Source of the DNA: an uncultured Eubacteriales bacterium
Lineage (GTDB): Bacteria; Bacillota; Clostridia; TANB77; CAG-508
Length of the DNA: 64,000 bases
Reading direction: 5' to 3'
NCBI GenBank assembly: GCA_949288185.1
Contig: CASEIZ010000065.1
Span: forward strand, 4,962 to 68,961
Of the stretch, positions 30,101 through 38,304 are shown one piece after another. Positions within the stretch are counted from its first letter, which is position 1. Each line of letters begins with the position of its first letter. A model generated the notes under the pieces. That model worked only from the letters and a program-made list of their open reading frames with translations, was not told the origin of the DNA and did not search any database. The position numbers and the translations under genes are program-made.

Positions 30101-33100
30101 AAGAGCAATAGCATTTGGGTGTTTTCTTTCTTGCTCTTCAAATAATTCTATAATACTCATATCTTTTGGATATTCTAGTGATTGATTGTAGCAAGTTTTT
30201 AATATAGTATCTTTTTCTTCATCAGATAACATAGATACATCAGAAATTTTCATATCTATATTATCAGTAATACAATCCAATATTTGGATATAATATTTTA
30301 AGAAATCTTGCATAAATTTCTCACTATATAATTTTGTTGAATATTCCAAATTTAATCTATAAAAGTTTTTTTCAGGTGTGATTTCTAACATAAAGTCAAA
30401 TTTTGATGTGTTGGTGTTTGGTGTATAGATATCTGTATGTAATTTTCCAAAATCAAGTTCTATTTTTTCTTCATTTTGAAAAACAAACATCGTATCAAAT
30501 AATAGATTCCTTGATAAATCCCTAGGGATATCTAATTCTTCCACCAATTTATCAAATGGATATGCTTGATGTTCAAAATCTTCTAAACAGTGTTTGGTTA
30601 TTTCATTAACAAATTCCTTGAATGTCTTCGTAGAATCTATTGTATTGAATAATGCCAAAGTATTAACAAACATACCAAGCGTATGACTAAATTCCTTAAC
30701 TGTTCTATTGGCTACAGGTGTTCCTACAATAATTTCATTTTGGTTGGTATATTTATATAAAAGAATATAATATACACATAACATAAATATATATGGAGTC
30801 GTATTTAGTTGACTGCATAAAGTAGATATTTTACCAATATCTGAAATATAACTTTGCACACGATTACCTGTATTAGAATAGGTAGAAGGTCTTGGATAAG
30901 TTGTTGGCATGTTAAGCACAGGTATATCAGAAGAAAATTTAGATTTCCAATAGTCTTTATCAGATTGATAAAGTTTGCTATTAAAATAGTTTTCTTCATA
31001 TACGGTATAGTCTTTATAATCAAAGTCCTCTGTAGAAAGTTCTTTACCATTATATAATTTGCAAAGTTCATCTGTAAAAGTGGCAATAGAAATTCCATCA
31101 CAAATAATATGGTGAAAATCTGTAAATAAGATAGATTTACCATTATTAAATCTCACTAATTGAACTCTAAATAATGGTGCTGTGCGTAAATCAAAAGGTT
31201 TTAAAAACTCATTAAATAAAGTATCTAAATGACTATATTCATCATCTAAAACTTCAAGTTTCATTTTATAATTTGGTAATATTTTTTGTTTAACATCATC
31301 ATCTTCAATAACAAAATAAGTTCTTAAAGCATCATGAGATGCAATTAATTGATTAATAGATGATTCTAATTTCTTTATATTTGGGACAGCATCAAAAAGA
31401 ATGCCACCAGGTGTATTATACATAAGAGAAGAGGGGGCTTTTTGAACTGTATAAAAGATTCTTTTTTGAGCAGATGTCAAAGGATAAGCGTCAGAAAATT
31501 TGGCTTTATATACAGGAATTACCATATTTTCTGAAGAACGAGCTTCTATATAATGGCTAAGAGAAGCAATGGTTGGGTAAGAGAAAATATCCTTTATTCC
31601 TAGATTGATATCAAAATCAGAACTTAATTTTGTAATGATTTTGATGGCAATTAGAGAATCTCCACCTAATTCAAAAAAGTTACTATCAATACTGATATTC
31701 TCAACACTTAAAAATTCTTCGAAAACAGAAGCCAATGTTTTTTCTAATTCTGTTTTTGGAGCTATATAGATATCATCTACGACAATTTCTGGTAATTTTT
31801 TTGTATCGATTTTACCATTAACAGTTAATGGTAATGCTTCCATAAATACAATATGAGTAGGTATCATATAATGTGGTAAGCGTTTAGCAAGTGAATTTTT
31901 AATCTCTGTAGCATCTTCTTGTGAAGAAACAATAAAGCTACAAATGGTATCAATGTTATGAATTTTTCTTACAATTGTTACACTATTATGAACATCAGGT
32001 AATGTTTTTATCGCATTATTAATTTCTTCTAATTCAATTCGTAAACCTCTAATTTTTATTTGAAAATCATTTCTACCAATATATACGATATCACCATTGG
32101 CAGTCCATTTTGCTAAATCTCCTGTTTTATATAAAAGTCCTTTTCCAAAAGGATTTTTTACAAATTTCTTATTGGTTAATTCTGGATTATTGATATATCC
32201 TAAAGAAACACCATCACCTGCAATACATAATTCACCAACAATACCCATAGGGCATAAATTTAGGTCTTCGTCACAAATATAAATCTGCACATTAGGAAGT
32301 GGTTTTCCTAAATTAATATCTTGAGAATCGGTAATATATTTGCAAGTACAACAAGAAGTAGTTTCACTTGGACCATATCCATTATATATTTTTGCATTTG
32401 TAAATTGTGAAACTTTATCAAAAAATTTAGGGTCTAGTACTTCTCCTCCTAATTGAATCGCTTTTAAATGTTTCAAACAACCAGATGTGGTATTGTTTGA
32501 AAGTAATAAATCCATTTTAGAAGAGGTAATTAGCATAAATTCACAATTCTCTTTGTTAATTAATTTACTCATAGGAATTGGATTTTTTGATTGTTCTTCA
32601 TTGGCCAATATCAATTTTTTACCAGATAATAAAGCAATCCAAACTTCAGCTGCAAACATATCAAATGCGACAGAACAGATACTTAAAAAATTAGAAAGTG
32701 AGTCTGTGTGCATAGAATATTTGTAGCCATTTACGAGATTAATCATACTAAATCTTTTAATTAAAACACCTTTTGGCAATCCAGTTGAACCAGAAGTATA
32801 TACAACAGATAAAGAATCTGTAGGTTTATCTTGAATTGGGATTTCTTGGTTAGATAGTTCTTCCCAATTTAATGTATCTAAATATACGGTGTTTGCAAAA
32901 TCTAAATAATTTACATCATAAGCTGTCAATAATAAAGGAGATTTTGCATTTGTAAGCATATATTGAATTCTATCACTTGGTAAATCCTTTTCAATTAGCA
33001 TATATGTCATGTTGGCTTTTAATATAGCTAACATAGAAATAATCGTGTTGGCAGAACGATTTAGCATAATACCAATCACACTATTTTTAGGTAAGTTTAA

Positions 33101-34600
33101 AGATAATAGATAATTGGCTAATTTGTTAGACAATACATCTAAAGCTTTGTAAGTATAGGTTTCATCTTCAAAAATCAATGCTAAAGAAGATGCATTTTTT
33201 TCTACTTGTTTTTTGAATACCTGTAAAATGCTCTCATTTCTATCATAATCTAAATTTGTATGGTTAAAATCTTTTAAAATCAACTGTTTTTCTTCTTTAT
33301 CTGTGATTTCTACATTTGATAAAGGAATTTCAGGATTTTGTAAGACGAAATCTACCATAGATAAAATGCGAGAATGCATATGAGAAATATCTTCTTCATT
33401 AAATTTATTGATTTGGTAATCATAGAAAATATCTAAAGTTCCTGTATTATCCATATCATAGAAATGAACTTCTAAGGAATCTAAAGTATGACCACTTTCT
33501 ATCCATTTTGAGTAATAATGCACATCAGAAGATTTTCTTTCATCTCTTGCATTTTGATAAGAAAGTACCAAATCATAAGGACTTTCTGTAAGATTATGTT
33601 TTTGCTTAATATACTTTAATAATTTATCATAAGGATATTTTTGGTGTTTAAAGATAGACATTTGCATACCAGCTACTGTTTTTAGAAATTCAGAAAAAGG
33701 TTGTGTCTTATCAATGTCTACTTTAAATGGAATGGTACTAATAAACATACCAGATGTACGTTTTTCTTTTACACCACTTCTATTTAAAACAGGAGTACCA
33801 ATAATAGGAGAAGTGGCATGATTTATTTTAGATAAATATAGAGAATAAATTGCCATAAAAAATGTATAAACAGAGCAATTTGAAGCTTTACATAAATCTA
33901 AAATTTTTGTATATATATCATTAGATAATTTGAAAATTTTTCTTTTTGCTCTTGTATCTAATTCATGTTTATTTTTATTAGAAATATAACAAACATCAAA
34001 TTCATTATCAAAAAGTGTATGCCAAAATGCTTCATCTTTTTGATAACGAGATGAAGATATATAGTTTTCTTGTGAATGAATATAATCAATGTAAGAAGGG
34101 AATTTAGAATCATCTATTTTCTCATTTTTTAGAAGTGAAGAATAAAAGTCCATAACTTCATTGATTAATAGACTCATATTCCATGCATCAGCAATTAGGT
34201 GATGTAAAGTGGCATTAAATCCACCTGTGCCATCTGGTAATTGGAACATGGTAAAAGAAAATAGAAAAGAATGAAAAAGAACAAATGGTTTTTCTACAAT
34301 TTTTTTATTAAATTCAGTTACTTCATCTGAGTTTTTTAAAGAAACCAAATCAATAGATAAATTAGAAAAATCTTCTACATATTGATAAGGTGTACCATTT
34401 ATCAATTTCAATTTTAAATGTAAAGAATCGTTTTTTTGTGCATATAAATTTAAAGCTTTTTCTAAAAGAGAAAAATTAACTTTATCTTTGATGAATACAT
34501 AACCACCAATATTGTTAAGATTTGAATTACTGAAAAATAGTTCTGTATCCCAGATATTCTTTTGTGAGCTTGTTAATTCATAAATATTATTTTCTAACAT
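27188..34600 (-). CDS. Dimodular nonribosomal peptide synthetase, C-A-T-C-A-T-R (terminal thioester reductase)
   Basis: C1 HHLIADAW (aa ~146). A1 YTSGSTGLPKGV / NGYGPSETT / YKTGDLAKW / GRNDFQIKIRGLRIE. T1 GGDSL (Ser at ~31655-57). C2 HHIICDGIS (~31109-14). A2 YTSGTTGNPKGV / NGYGPTETT / GRDDNQIKLNGHRIE. T2 GGDSL (~28547-49). R domain LLTGVTGFVGIHIL and YVYTKFMAEK. The likely start is the ATG at 34600, preceded by GGAGGA. The track start at 34639 lacks an RBS. Confidence 0.9.
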   Translation of the reverse strand: MLENNIYELTSSQKNIWDTELFFSNSNLNNIGGYVFIKDKVNFSLLEKALNLYAQKNDSLHLKLKLINGTPYQYVEDFSNLSIDLVSLKNSDEVTEFNKKIVEKPFVLFHSFLFSFTMFQLPDGTGGFNATLHHLIADAWNMSLLINEVMDFYSSLLKNEKIDDSKFPSYIDYIHSQENYISSSRYQKDEAFWHTLFDNEFDVCYISNKNKHELDTRAKRKIFKLSNDIYTKILDLCKASNCSVYTFFMAIYSLYLSKINHATSPIIGTPVLNRSGVKEKRTSGMFISTIPFKVDIDKTQPFSEFLKTVAGMQMSIFKHQKYPYDKLLKYIKQKHNLTESPYDLVLSYQNARDERKSSDVHYYSKWIESGHTLDSLEVHFYDMDNTGTLDIFYDYQINKFNEEDISHMHSRILSMVDFVLQNPEIPLSNVEITDKEEKQLILKDFNHTNLDYDRNESILQVFKKQVEKNASSLALIFEDETYTYKALDVLSNKLANYLLSLNLPKNSVIGIMLNRSANTIISMLAILKANMTYMLIEKDLPSDRIQYMLTNAKSPLLLTAYDVNYLDFANTVYLDTLNWEELSNQEIPIQDKPTDSLSVVYTSGSTGLPKGVLIKRFSMINLVNGYKYSMHTDSLSNFLSICSVAFDMFAAEVWIALLSGKKLILANEEQSKNPIPMSKLINKENCEFMLITSSKMDLLLSNNTTSGCLKHLKAIQLGGEVLDPKFFDKVSQFTNAKIYNGYGPSETTSCCTCKYITDSQDINLGKPLPNVQIYICDEDLNLCPMGIVGELCIAGDGVSLGYINNPELTNKKFVKNPFGKGLLYKTGDLAKWTANGDIVYIGRNDFQIKIRGLRIELEEINNAIKTLPDVHNSVTIVRKIHNIDTICSFIVSSQEDATEIKNSLAKRLPHYMIPTHIVFMEALPLTVNGKIDTKKLPEIVVDDIYIAPKTELEKTLASVFEEFLSVENISIDSNFFELGGDSLIAIKIITKLSSDFDINLGIKDIFSYPTIASLSHYIEARSSENMVIPVYKAKFSDAYPLTSAQKRIFYTVQKAPSSLMYNTPGGILFDAVPNIKKLESSINQLIASHDALRTYFVIEDDDVKQKILPNYKMKLEVLDDEYSHLDTLFNEFLKPFDLRTAPLFRVQLVRFNNGKSILFTDFHHIICDGISIATFTDELCKLYNGKELSTEDFDYKDYTVYEENYFNSKLYQSDKDYWKSKFSSDIPVLNMPTTYPRPSTYSNTGNRVQSYISDIGKISTLCSQLNTTPYIFMLCVYYILLYKYTNQNEIIVGTPVANRTVKEFSHTLGMFVNTLALFNTIDSTKTFKEFVNEITKHCLEDFEHQAYPFDKLVEELDIPRDLSRNLLFDTMFVFQNEEKIELDFGKLHTDIYTPNTNTSKFDFMLEITPEKNFYRLNLEYSTKLYSEKFMQDFLKYYIQILDCITDNIDMKISDVSMLSDEEKDTILKTCYNQSLEYPKDMSIIELFEEQERKHPNAIALNDNGNTLTYKQLKDKVYQFSNFLIKKGIQKGDYVATLLNRSTNLIVAMLSIMKCGAVYLPISKNFPEDRIGYILEDSKAALLITDAYTLDLPVQTVHMNHIDLNTYSATDISVHTLPDDPIYSIYTSGTTGNPKGVIVMNKNLNNFIHSFNKLYSDSVSTNDICLASTSIAFDVSIWEFFFTLLNGATLYLYKYETIEDIFDFCNTLIDEKITMAYLPPNILNEVYVILSQNNKKTHLEKILIGVEPIKTSIIQKYFELNPSMKIVNGYGPTETTICSTAFQVTPSNCKKYNIIPIGKPLYNLHGYILDKDLNLVPNGIPGTLYIAGDNVSKGYLNKKTLTKEKYIPSPFHEDEIMYTTGDVVKRLPDGNISFIGRDDNQIKLNGHRIELSEISNCILNYPSITKCIVLVKESKNTKSLVAYFTAENKIIINDLRNFLSMKLPLYSIPNHFIQLEKFVLTANGKIDKKYLASVKIKENTNYEAPRNDFEKKLVDLWKDLLNIDKIGINDDFFELGGDSLIAIKLQIQAFKQGLDISYSDIFSHSTIKKLSEKIGVRDDDKAKLAIKSYDYSKIDEVLKINTLPILKTFRETNVKNVLLTGVTGFVGIHILEKLLNMTDATIYCLVRNKNNVSYIDRLYKIMQFYFGNKYHNLIGSRIKMVRGDITLKNLGIADEDFQKLTKNLSCVINSAAIVKHYGKSTEFDKININGVNNIIDFCSNLQIPLYHLSTLSVSGNVFSEGSFSDSSVEEKTTFKESNLYIKQDISNIYVYTKFMAEKCILEAIQKKKLQGTIIRLGNITNRYSDGKFQINISENAFVNRIITFIKLGAIPDYLLDGYCEFTPVDYVADAIVRIVKYSHPYTVLHVYNSNHIPMEKMISIFQQYRINIDILPENQFIEKVNQTLVNNENDLSGIINDFDTNKKLIYDSNVILNNDFTNEFLTKLSFKWCTIDKTYLFKYLDYLKALGLIGG

Positions 34601-34753
34601 TTTGTCCTCCGCGATTTTAAATACATTCATCATGCTCAATTATATAATTCCATTAAAAAAAAATCAACTAAATATTGTAAAATATTGTCGTCATATTAGA
34701 TAATTTGTTACAAAGTAAAACGATGAGATAGAAAATGATGTTACCTTTTTTAG

Positions 34754-34973
34754 TTTTGAAATTTTTACAAGCAAGGTGGTATGTATTATTTTTTGAATTA
34801 TTTCCTCGGCTTGCTACATAATTTATAACTTCTAAGTTTTAAATAAACGAGCCTCTCGCTGCTCGCGCTTCCTTATTTATTTAAAACTAAGAATTTATAC
34901 AATTATTCCACGGCACATTCGTCAATGAATTCAAAAAATAATACATACCACCTTGCTTGTAAAAATTTCAAAA
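34754..34973. repeat. Long palindrome: perfect 46-bp inverted repeat arms (34754-34799 / 34928-34973) around a 128-bp partly self-complementary spacer
   Basis: The reverse complement of the left arm ttttgaaatttttacaagcaaggtggtatgtattattttttgaatt equals the right arm exactly. The centre is GC-rich (cgagcctctcgctgctcgcgcttcc). Confidence 0.9.
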
Positions 34974-34991
34974 TTTAAATATTGTCATGTC

Positions 34992-35020
34992 TTGAAAAAT
35001 AAAAAGAATAACGATACAAT
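34992..35020 (+). promoter_or_regulatory. Promoter of the acyl-CoA ligase gene
   Basis: TTGAAA, 17 nt spacer, TACAAT. Confidence 0.45.
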
Positions 35021-35041
35021 GAAGAAAAAAGGAGGGAGCGT

Positions 35042-36769
35042 ATGGGAGATAATGAAAATAGAAAGGTGTATGAGCCAAGAGTTATAAAAAATTATAGGGA
35101 GATGATAGAATATTCTGTTAAAAATTATGCAGATAAAGTAGCCTATAAGTATAAGAAAAACGGAGATTTAAAACATGTAGAATATGTAGAAAAGACATAT
35201 GAACAAGTAGGAAAAGACATAAAAGCATTTGCGACAGAATTATTAAATAAAGGTTTAGAACATAAAAAAATTGTAGTTATCGGAAATAATCGATATGAAT
35301 GGTGTATTAGTTATTTGGCAGTTACAAGTGGAAATATGATTATTGTCCCATTAGACAAAGCGCTTCCAGACAATGAAATAGAAAATTTGGTAACAAGAAG
35401 TGAGGCAGAAGTAGCTATATTTGATAAAAAATATGTAGAGGTTATGAAAAAACTAAAGAACGATACAAATGTAAATTTAAAAATGTTGATTTGTATGGAT
35501 GACATAAAAGACAAGGATATAGAAAATTTTTCACAGTTATTGCAAAAAGGTGAGGAATTAGTAAAAAATGGAGATGACCGTTATGAAAAAGTAGAAATCA
35601 ATCCAGAAAAAATGTCTATAATGTTATTTACATCAGGAACAACCAATCTCCCAAAAGCGGTTATGTTATCTCAAAAAAATATATGTGCTAATTTGTCAGA
35701 TTTTGCTTCATGGGTAAAGCTATATCCAACAGACACATTACTTTCTTTTTTACCAATTCACCATACATTTGAATGTACTGTAACATTTCTTTATGGATTC
35801 TATAGTGGTTGTACAGTAGCTTTTTGCGATGGATTAAAATATATTCAAAAAAATCTGGCAGAATATAAAGTTTCCGTATTTGTTGCTGTTCCGTTAGTAT
35901 TAGAAACTATGTATAAAAAGATTCAAAAGGCGATTCATGACCAAGGAAAAGATAAATTAATCAATATGATGATAAAATTATCCAATGCACTTTTGAAATG
36001 TAAAATAGATTTAAGAAAAGTCATTTTTAAACAAATATTAGATAATTTAGGTGGAAATATTCGTTTAGTGCTATATGGATCAGCTCCTATGGACAAAGAA
36101 ACAATTGTAGGCTTTAACAATTTTGGAATTGCTCTAGTACAAGGATATGGATTGACAGAAACATCACCAGTTATTGCAGCAGAGTCAGATAAAGAGAAAA
36201 GACCAGGCTCTGTAGGCCTAGCTTTACCTAGTCTAAATGTAAAAATAGAAAATCCAGATGAAAATGGTGAAGGAGAAATTTTAGTAAAAGGACCAAGTGT
36301 CATGATGGGATATTATCATAATGAAGAAGAAAACAAAAAAGTATTTGTTGATGGTTGGTTTAGAACAGGAGATTATGGATATATAACAGAAGATGGATTT
36401 ATCTATGTAACAGGTAGAAAAAAAGATATAATTGTTTTAAGAAATGGAAAAAATGTATATCCACAAGAAATTGAAATTTTAATAAACAAACTTCCTTATG
36501 TAACAGAATCTTTAGTTTATCAAAGAGAAAAAGATAAAACAGATACGATGTTATGTGCTAAAATCGTATATGATAAAGACATCATAAAGGAAAAATTAGG
36601 AGAAAAAACAGAAAAAGAATATAAAGATAGCATTTGGAAAGAAATAAAAGAGATTAATAAACAATTGCCAGTATTTAAACATATAAAACAAATCACGATA
36701 ACAACAGAGCCTTTAATAAAAACAACAACACAGAAAGTAAAACGTTATGAGGAATTAAAAAGAGTTTAA
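35042..36769 (+). CDS. AMP-dependent synthetase / long-chain fatty acid-CoA ligase (FadD-like)
   Basis: LFTSGTTNLPKAVMLS, GYGLTETS, WFRTGDYGY and GRKKDIIVLRNGKNVYPQEIE. RBS AGGAGGGAG. Confidence 0.85.
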   Translation: MGDNENRKVYEPRVIKNYREMIEYSVKNYADKVAYKYKKNGDLKHVEYVEKTYEQVGKDIKAFATELLNKGLEHKKIVVIGNNRYEWCISYLAVTSGNMIIVPLDKALPDNEIENLVTRSEAEVAIFDKKYVEVMKKLKNDTNVNLKMLICMDDIKDKDIENFSQLLQKGEELVKNGDDRYEKVEINPEKMSIMLFTSGTTNLPKAVMLSQKNICANLSDFASWVKLYPTDTLLSFLPIHHTFECTVTFLYGFYSGCTVAFCDGLKYIQKNLAEYKVSVFVAVPLVLETMYKKIQKAIHDQGKDKLINMMIKLSNALLKCKIDLRKVIFKQILDNLGGNIRLVLYGSAPMDKETIVGFNNFGIALVQGYGLTETSPVIAAESDKEKRPGSVGLALPSLNVKIENPDENGEGEILVKGPSVMMGYYHNEEENKKVFVDGWFRTGDYGYITEDGFIYVTGRKKDIIVLRNGKNVYPQEIEILINKLPYVTESLVYQREKDKTDTMLCAKIVYDKDIIKEKLGEKTEKEYKDSIWKEIKEINKQLPVFKHIKQITITTEPLIKTTTQKVKRYEELKRV

Positions 36770-36774
36770 TAGTT

Positions 36775-36815
36775 AAAAAAGGGATTTTGGGGACGGACTC
36801 ATTTTTCCCTTTTTA
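36775..36815 (+). repeat. Solo copy of the GGGGACGGAC repeat family
   Basis: aaaaaagggattttggggacggactcatttttcccttttt, directly after the ligase stop codon. Confidence 0.75.
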
Positions 36816-36865
36816 TTTTGACTAAAATCGAAAATATTGTAAATACTATTTTTGAGGTGATTTTA

Positions 36866-37999
36866 TTGAGAAGAGCCAAGAAAAAAAGTACTGGTAAAAA
36901 AATTATTATTACCACTATTGTTTTATTAATCATATGGTTATTAGGATTTTATATATATGTTACATATAATAATATAGAAATTTATGACGCAAATTATACC
37001 GCAGAAAAGACACAATCCACAATAGAGGAACAAACTGTGGAAAAAGTAGAAGAAGAAAGCAAAAATGTGGCAGATGTTATTGAGGAAACAGTCGAAAGTG
37101 TTGTAGGAATTTCAAAATTAAAAAATGCAGGGACATCTATTTTCTCGAATAGTACAGAAAGTCAATTAGGATTAGGAACAGGCGTGATTGTCACAGAAAA
37201 TGGATATATTTTAAGTAATGAACATGTAACAGGAAGTAAATATAGTAAATGTTATGTGACATTAGAAAATGGAAACAACTATAATGGAACAGTTGTATGG
37301 AGTGATTCAAATATTGATTTATCTATTGTAAAAATAGAAGCAAATAATTTAAAATATGTTACATTTGCAGATTCAGATAATATCAAAATAGGAGAAACTG
37401 TGTATGCCATTGGAAATCCAATTGGTTTTGAATTTAGAAGAACCGTTACTTCAGGAATTATCAGTGCAAAAAATAGAACAATCAAAATAGAAGAAGAGGA
37501 AAATGTATCTTATATGACAGATTTGATACAAACAGATGCAACAATAAATCCAGGGAACAGTGGAGGACCACTAATTTATCCAAATGGACAAGTGATTGGA
37601 ATTAATACAGTTAAAATATCTTCCGCAGAAGGAATTGGTTTTGCGATTCCGATTAATATTGTAAAACCAATTATTGAAAGTTATCAAAACACAGGAGATT
37701 TTCAAGAAGCTAAAATTGGGATATATGCCTATGATACAGAAGTGATACCATATTTAGAAACAGGAACTAGTACTAGTTTTCAAGAAGGAATTTATGTAAC
37801 AGAAGTAACGAAAAATGGACCGTCAGATACCGCAGGAATAAAAGAAGGGGATATCATTACACAAATAGATGATGTAGAACTAGAAACGATGAATGACCTA
37901 AGAGAATACATTTATACTAAGAAACCAAATGATGAAGTTACATTAAAAATTAATAGAGGAAAAATAAAAAGAGAAATTGTTGTAAAATTAGGGAAGTAA
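36866..37999 (+). CDS. HtrA/DegP-family serine protease with a PDZ domain
   Basis: Catalytic motifs SNEHV, DLSIVKI and GNSGGPL. The PDZ segment contains GIKEGDIITQIDD. TTG 36866 follows GAGGTGA, and the track start at 36818 abuts the repeat. Confidence 0.85.
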   Translation: MRRAKKKSTGKKIIITTIVLLIIWLLGFYIYVTYNNIEIYDANYTAEKTQSTIEEQTVEKVEEESKNVADVIEETVESVVGISKLKNAGTSIFSNSTESQLGLGTGVIVTENGYILSNEHVTGSKYSKCYVTLENGNNYNGTVVWSDSNIDLSIVKIEANNLKYVTFADSDNIKIGETVYAIGNPIGFEFRRTVTSGIISAKNRTIKIEEEENVSYMTDLIQTDATINPGNSGGPLIYPNGQVIGINTVKISSAEGIGFAIPINIVKPIIESYQNTGDFQEAKIGIYAYDTEVIPYLETGTSTSFQEGIYVTEVTKNGPSDTAGIKEGDIITQIDDVELETMNDLREYIYTKKPNDEVTLKINRGKIKREIVVKLGK

Positions 38000-38304
38000 A
38001 AAGGGAATTTGGGGACGGACTCATTTTTCCCTTTTTTAAAATTGATAATTCAAAAATATAGAATATAAAGTCATTACACAATTTTGTATAAGCTAAATTT
38101 TCATAGAAATTTTAAAAGAAAAAAATGGAGCCTCTTTCATTATGGCTTTGTGATACAAAGCCAAATGAACATCCCTCATTTTTTTCTTTAACAATTTCTA
38201 TATTCAAATTTAGATACGCAAAATCGTTTCATTTTTTTATATTCTATATTTTTTTGTTCTAGTAAATGAAAAGGGAAAAATGAGTCCGTCCCCAAAATCC
38301 CTTT
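37998..38304. repeat. Palindromic element of about 307 bp bounded by inverted copies of the GGGGACGGAC repeat (37998-38037 forward, 38268-38304 reverse)
   Basis: The arms are mirrored. caaaaatatagaatataaa (38051-69) matches tttatattctatattttt (38236-56). The inner ~55-nt arms are about 80% complementary. The central hairpin is tcattatggctttgt-gata-caaagccaaatga. Confidence 0.8.

Noticed and set aside
754-32726. Many 60-140-aa ORFs antisense to or nested in larger genes (e.g. 754..957, 1210..1407, 2782..3018, 3402..3707, 9262..9603, 10671..10883, 14293..14861, 15709..15985, 20406..20714, 21411..21894, 22132..22401, 23361..23832, 24602..24892, 25751..26581, 28992..29258, 30805..31143, 32097..32726)
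   Set aside because: They are low-complexity F/L/I/S-rich translations typical of the antisense strand of AT-rich genes. They lack RBSs and lie entirely within well-supported CDSs.
34754-38304. Whether the NRPS-upstream palindrome and the htrA-M23 palindromic element are the same repeat family
   Set aside because: They share only short AT-rich strings and an 8-mer (gagcctct) near the centre. The first lacks the GGGGACGGAC terminal repeats. The evidence is insufficient to merge them.
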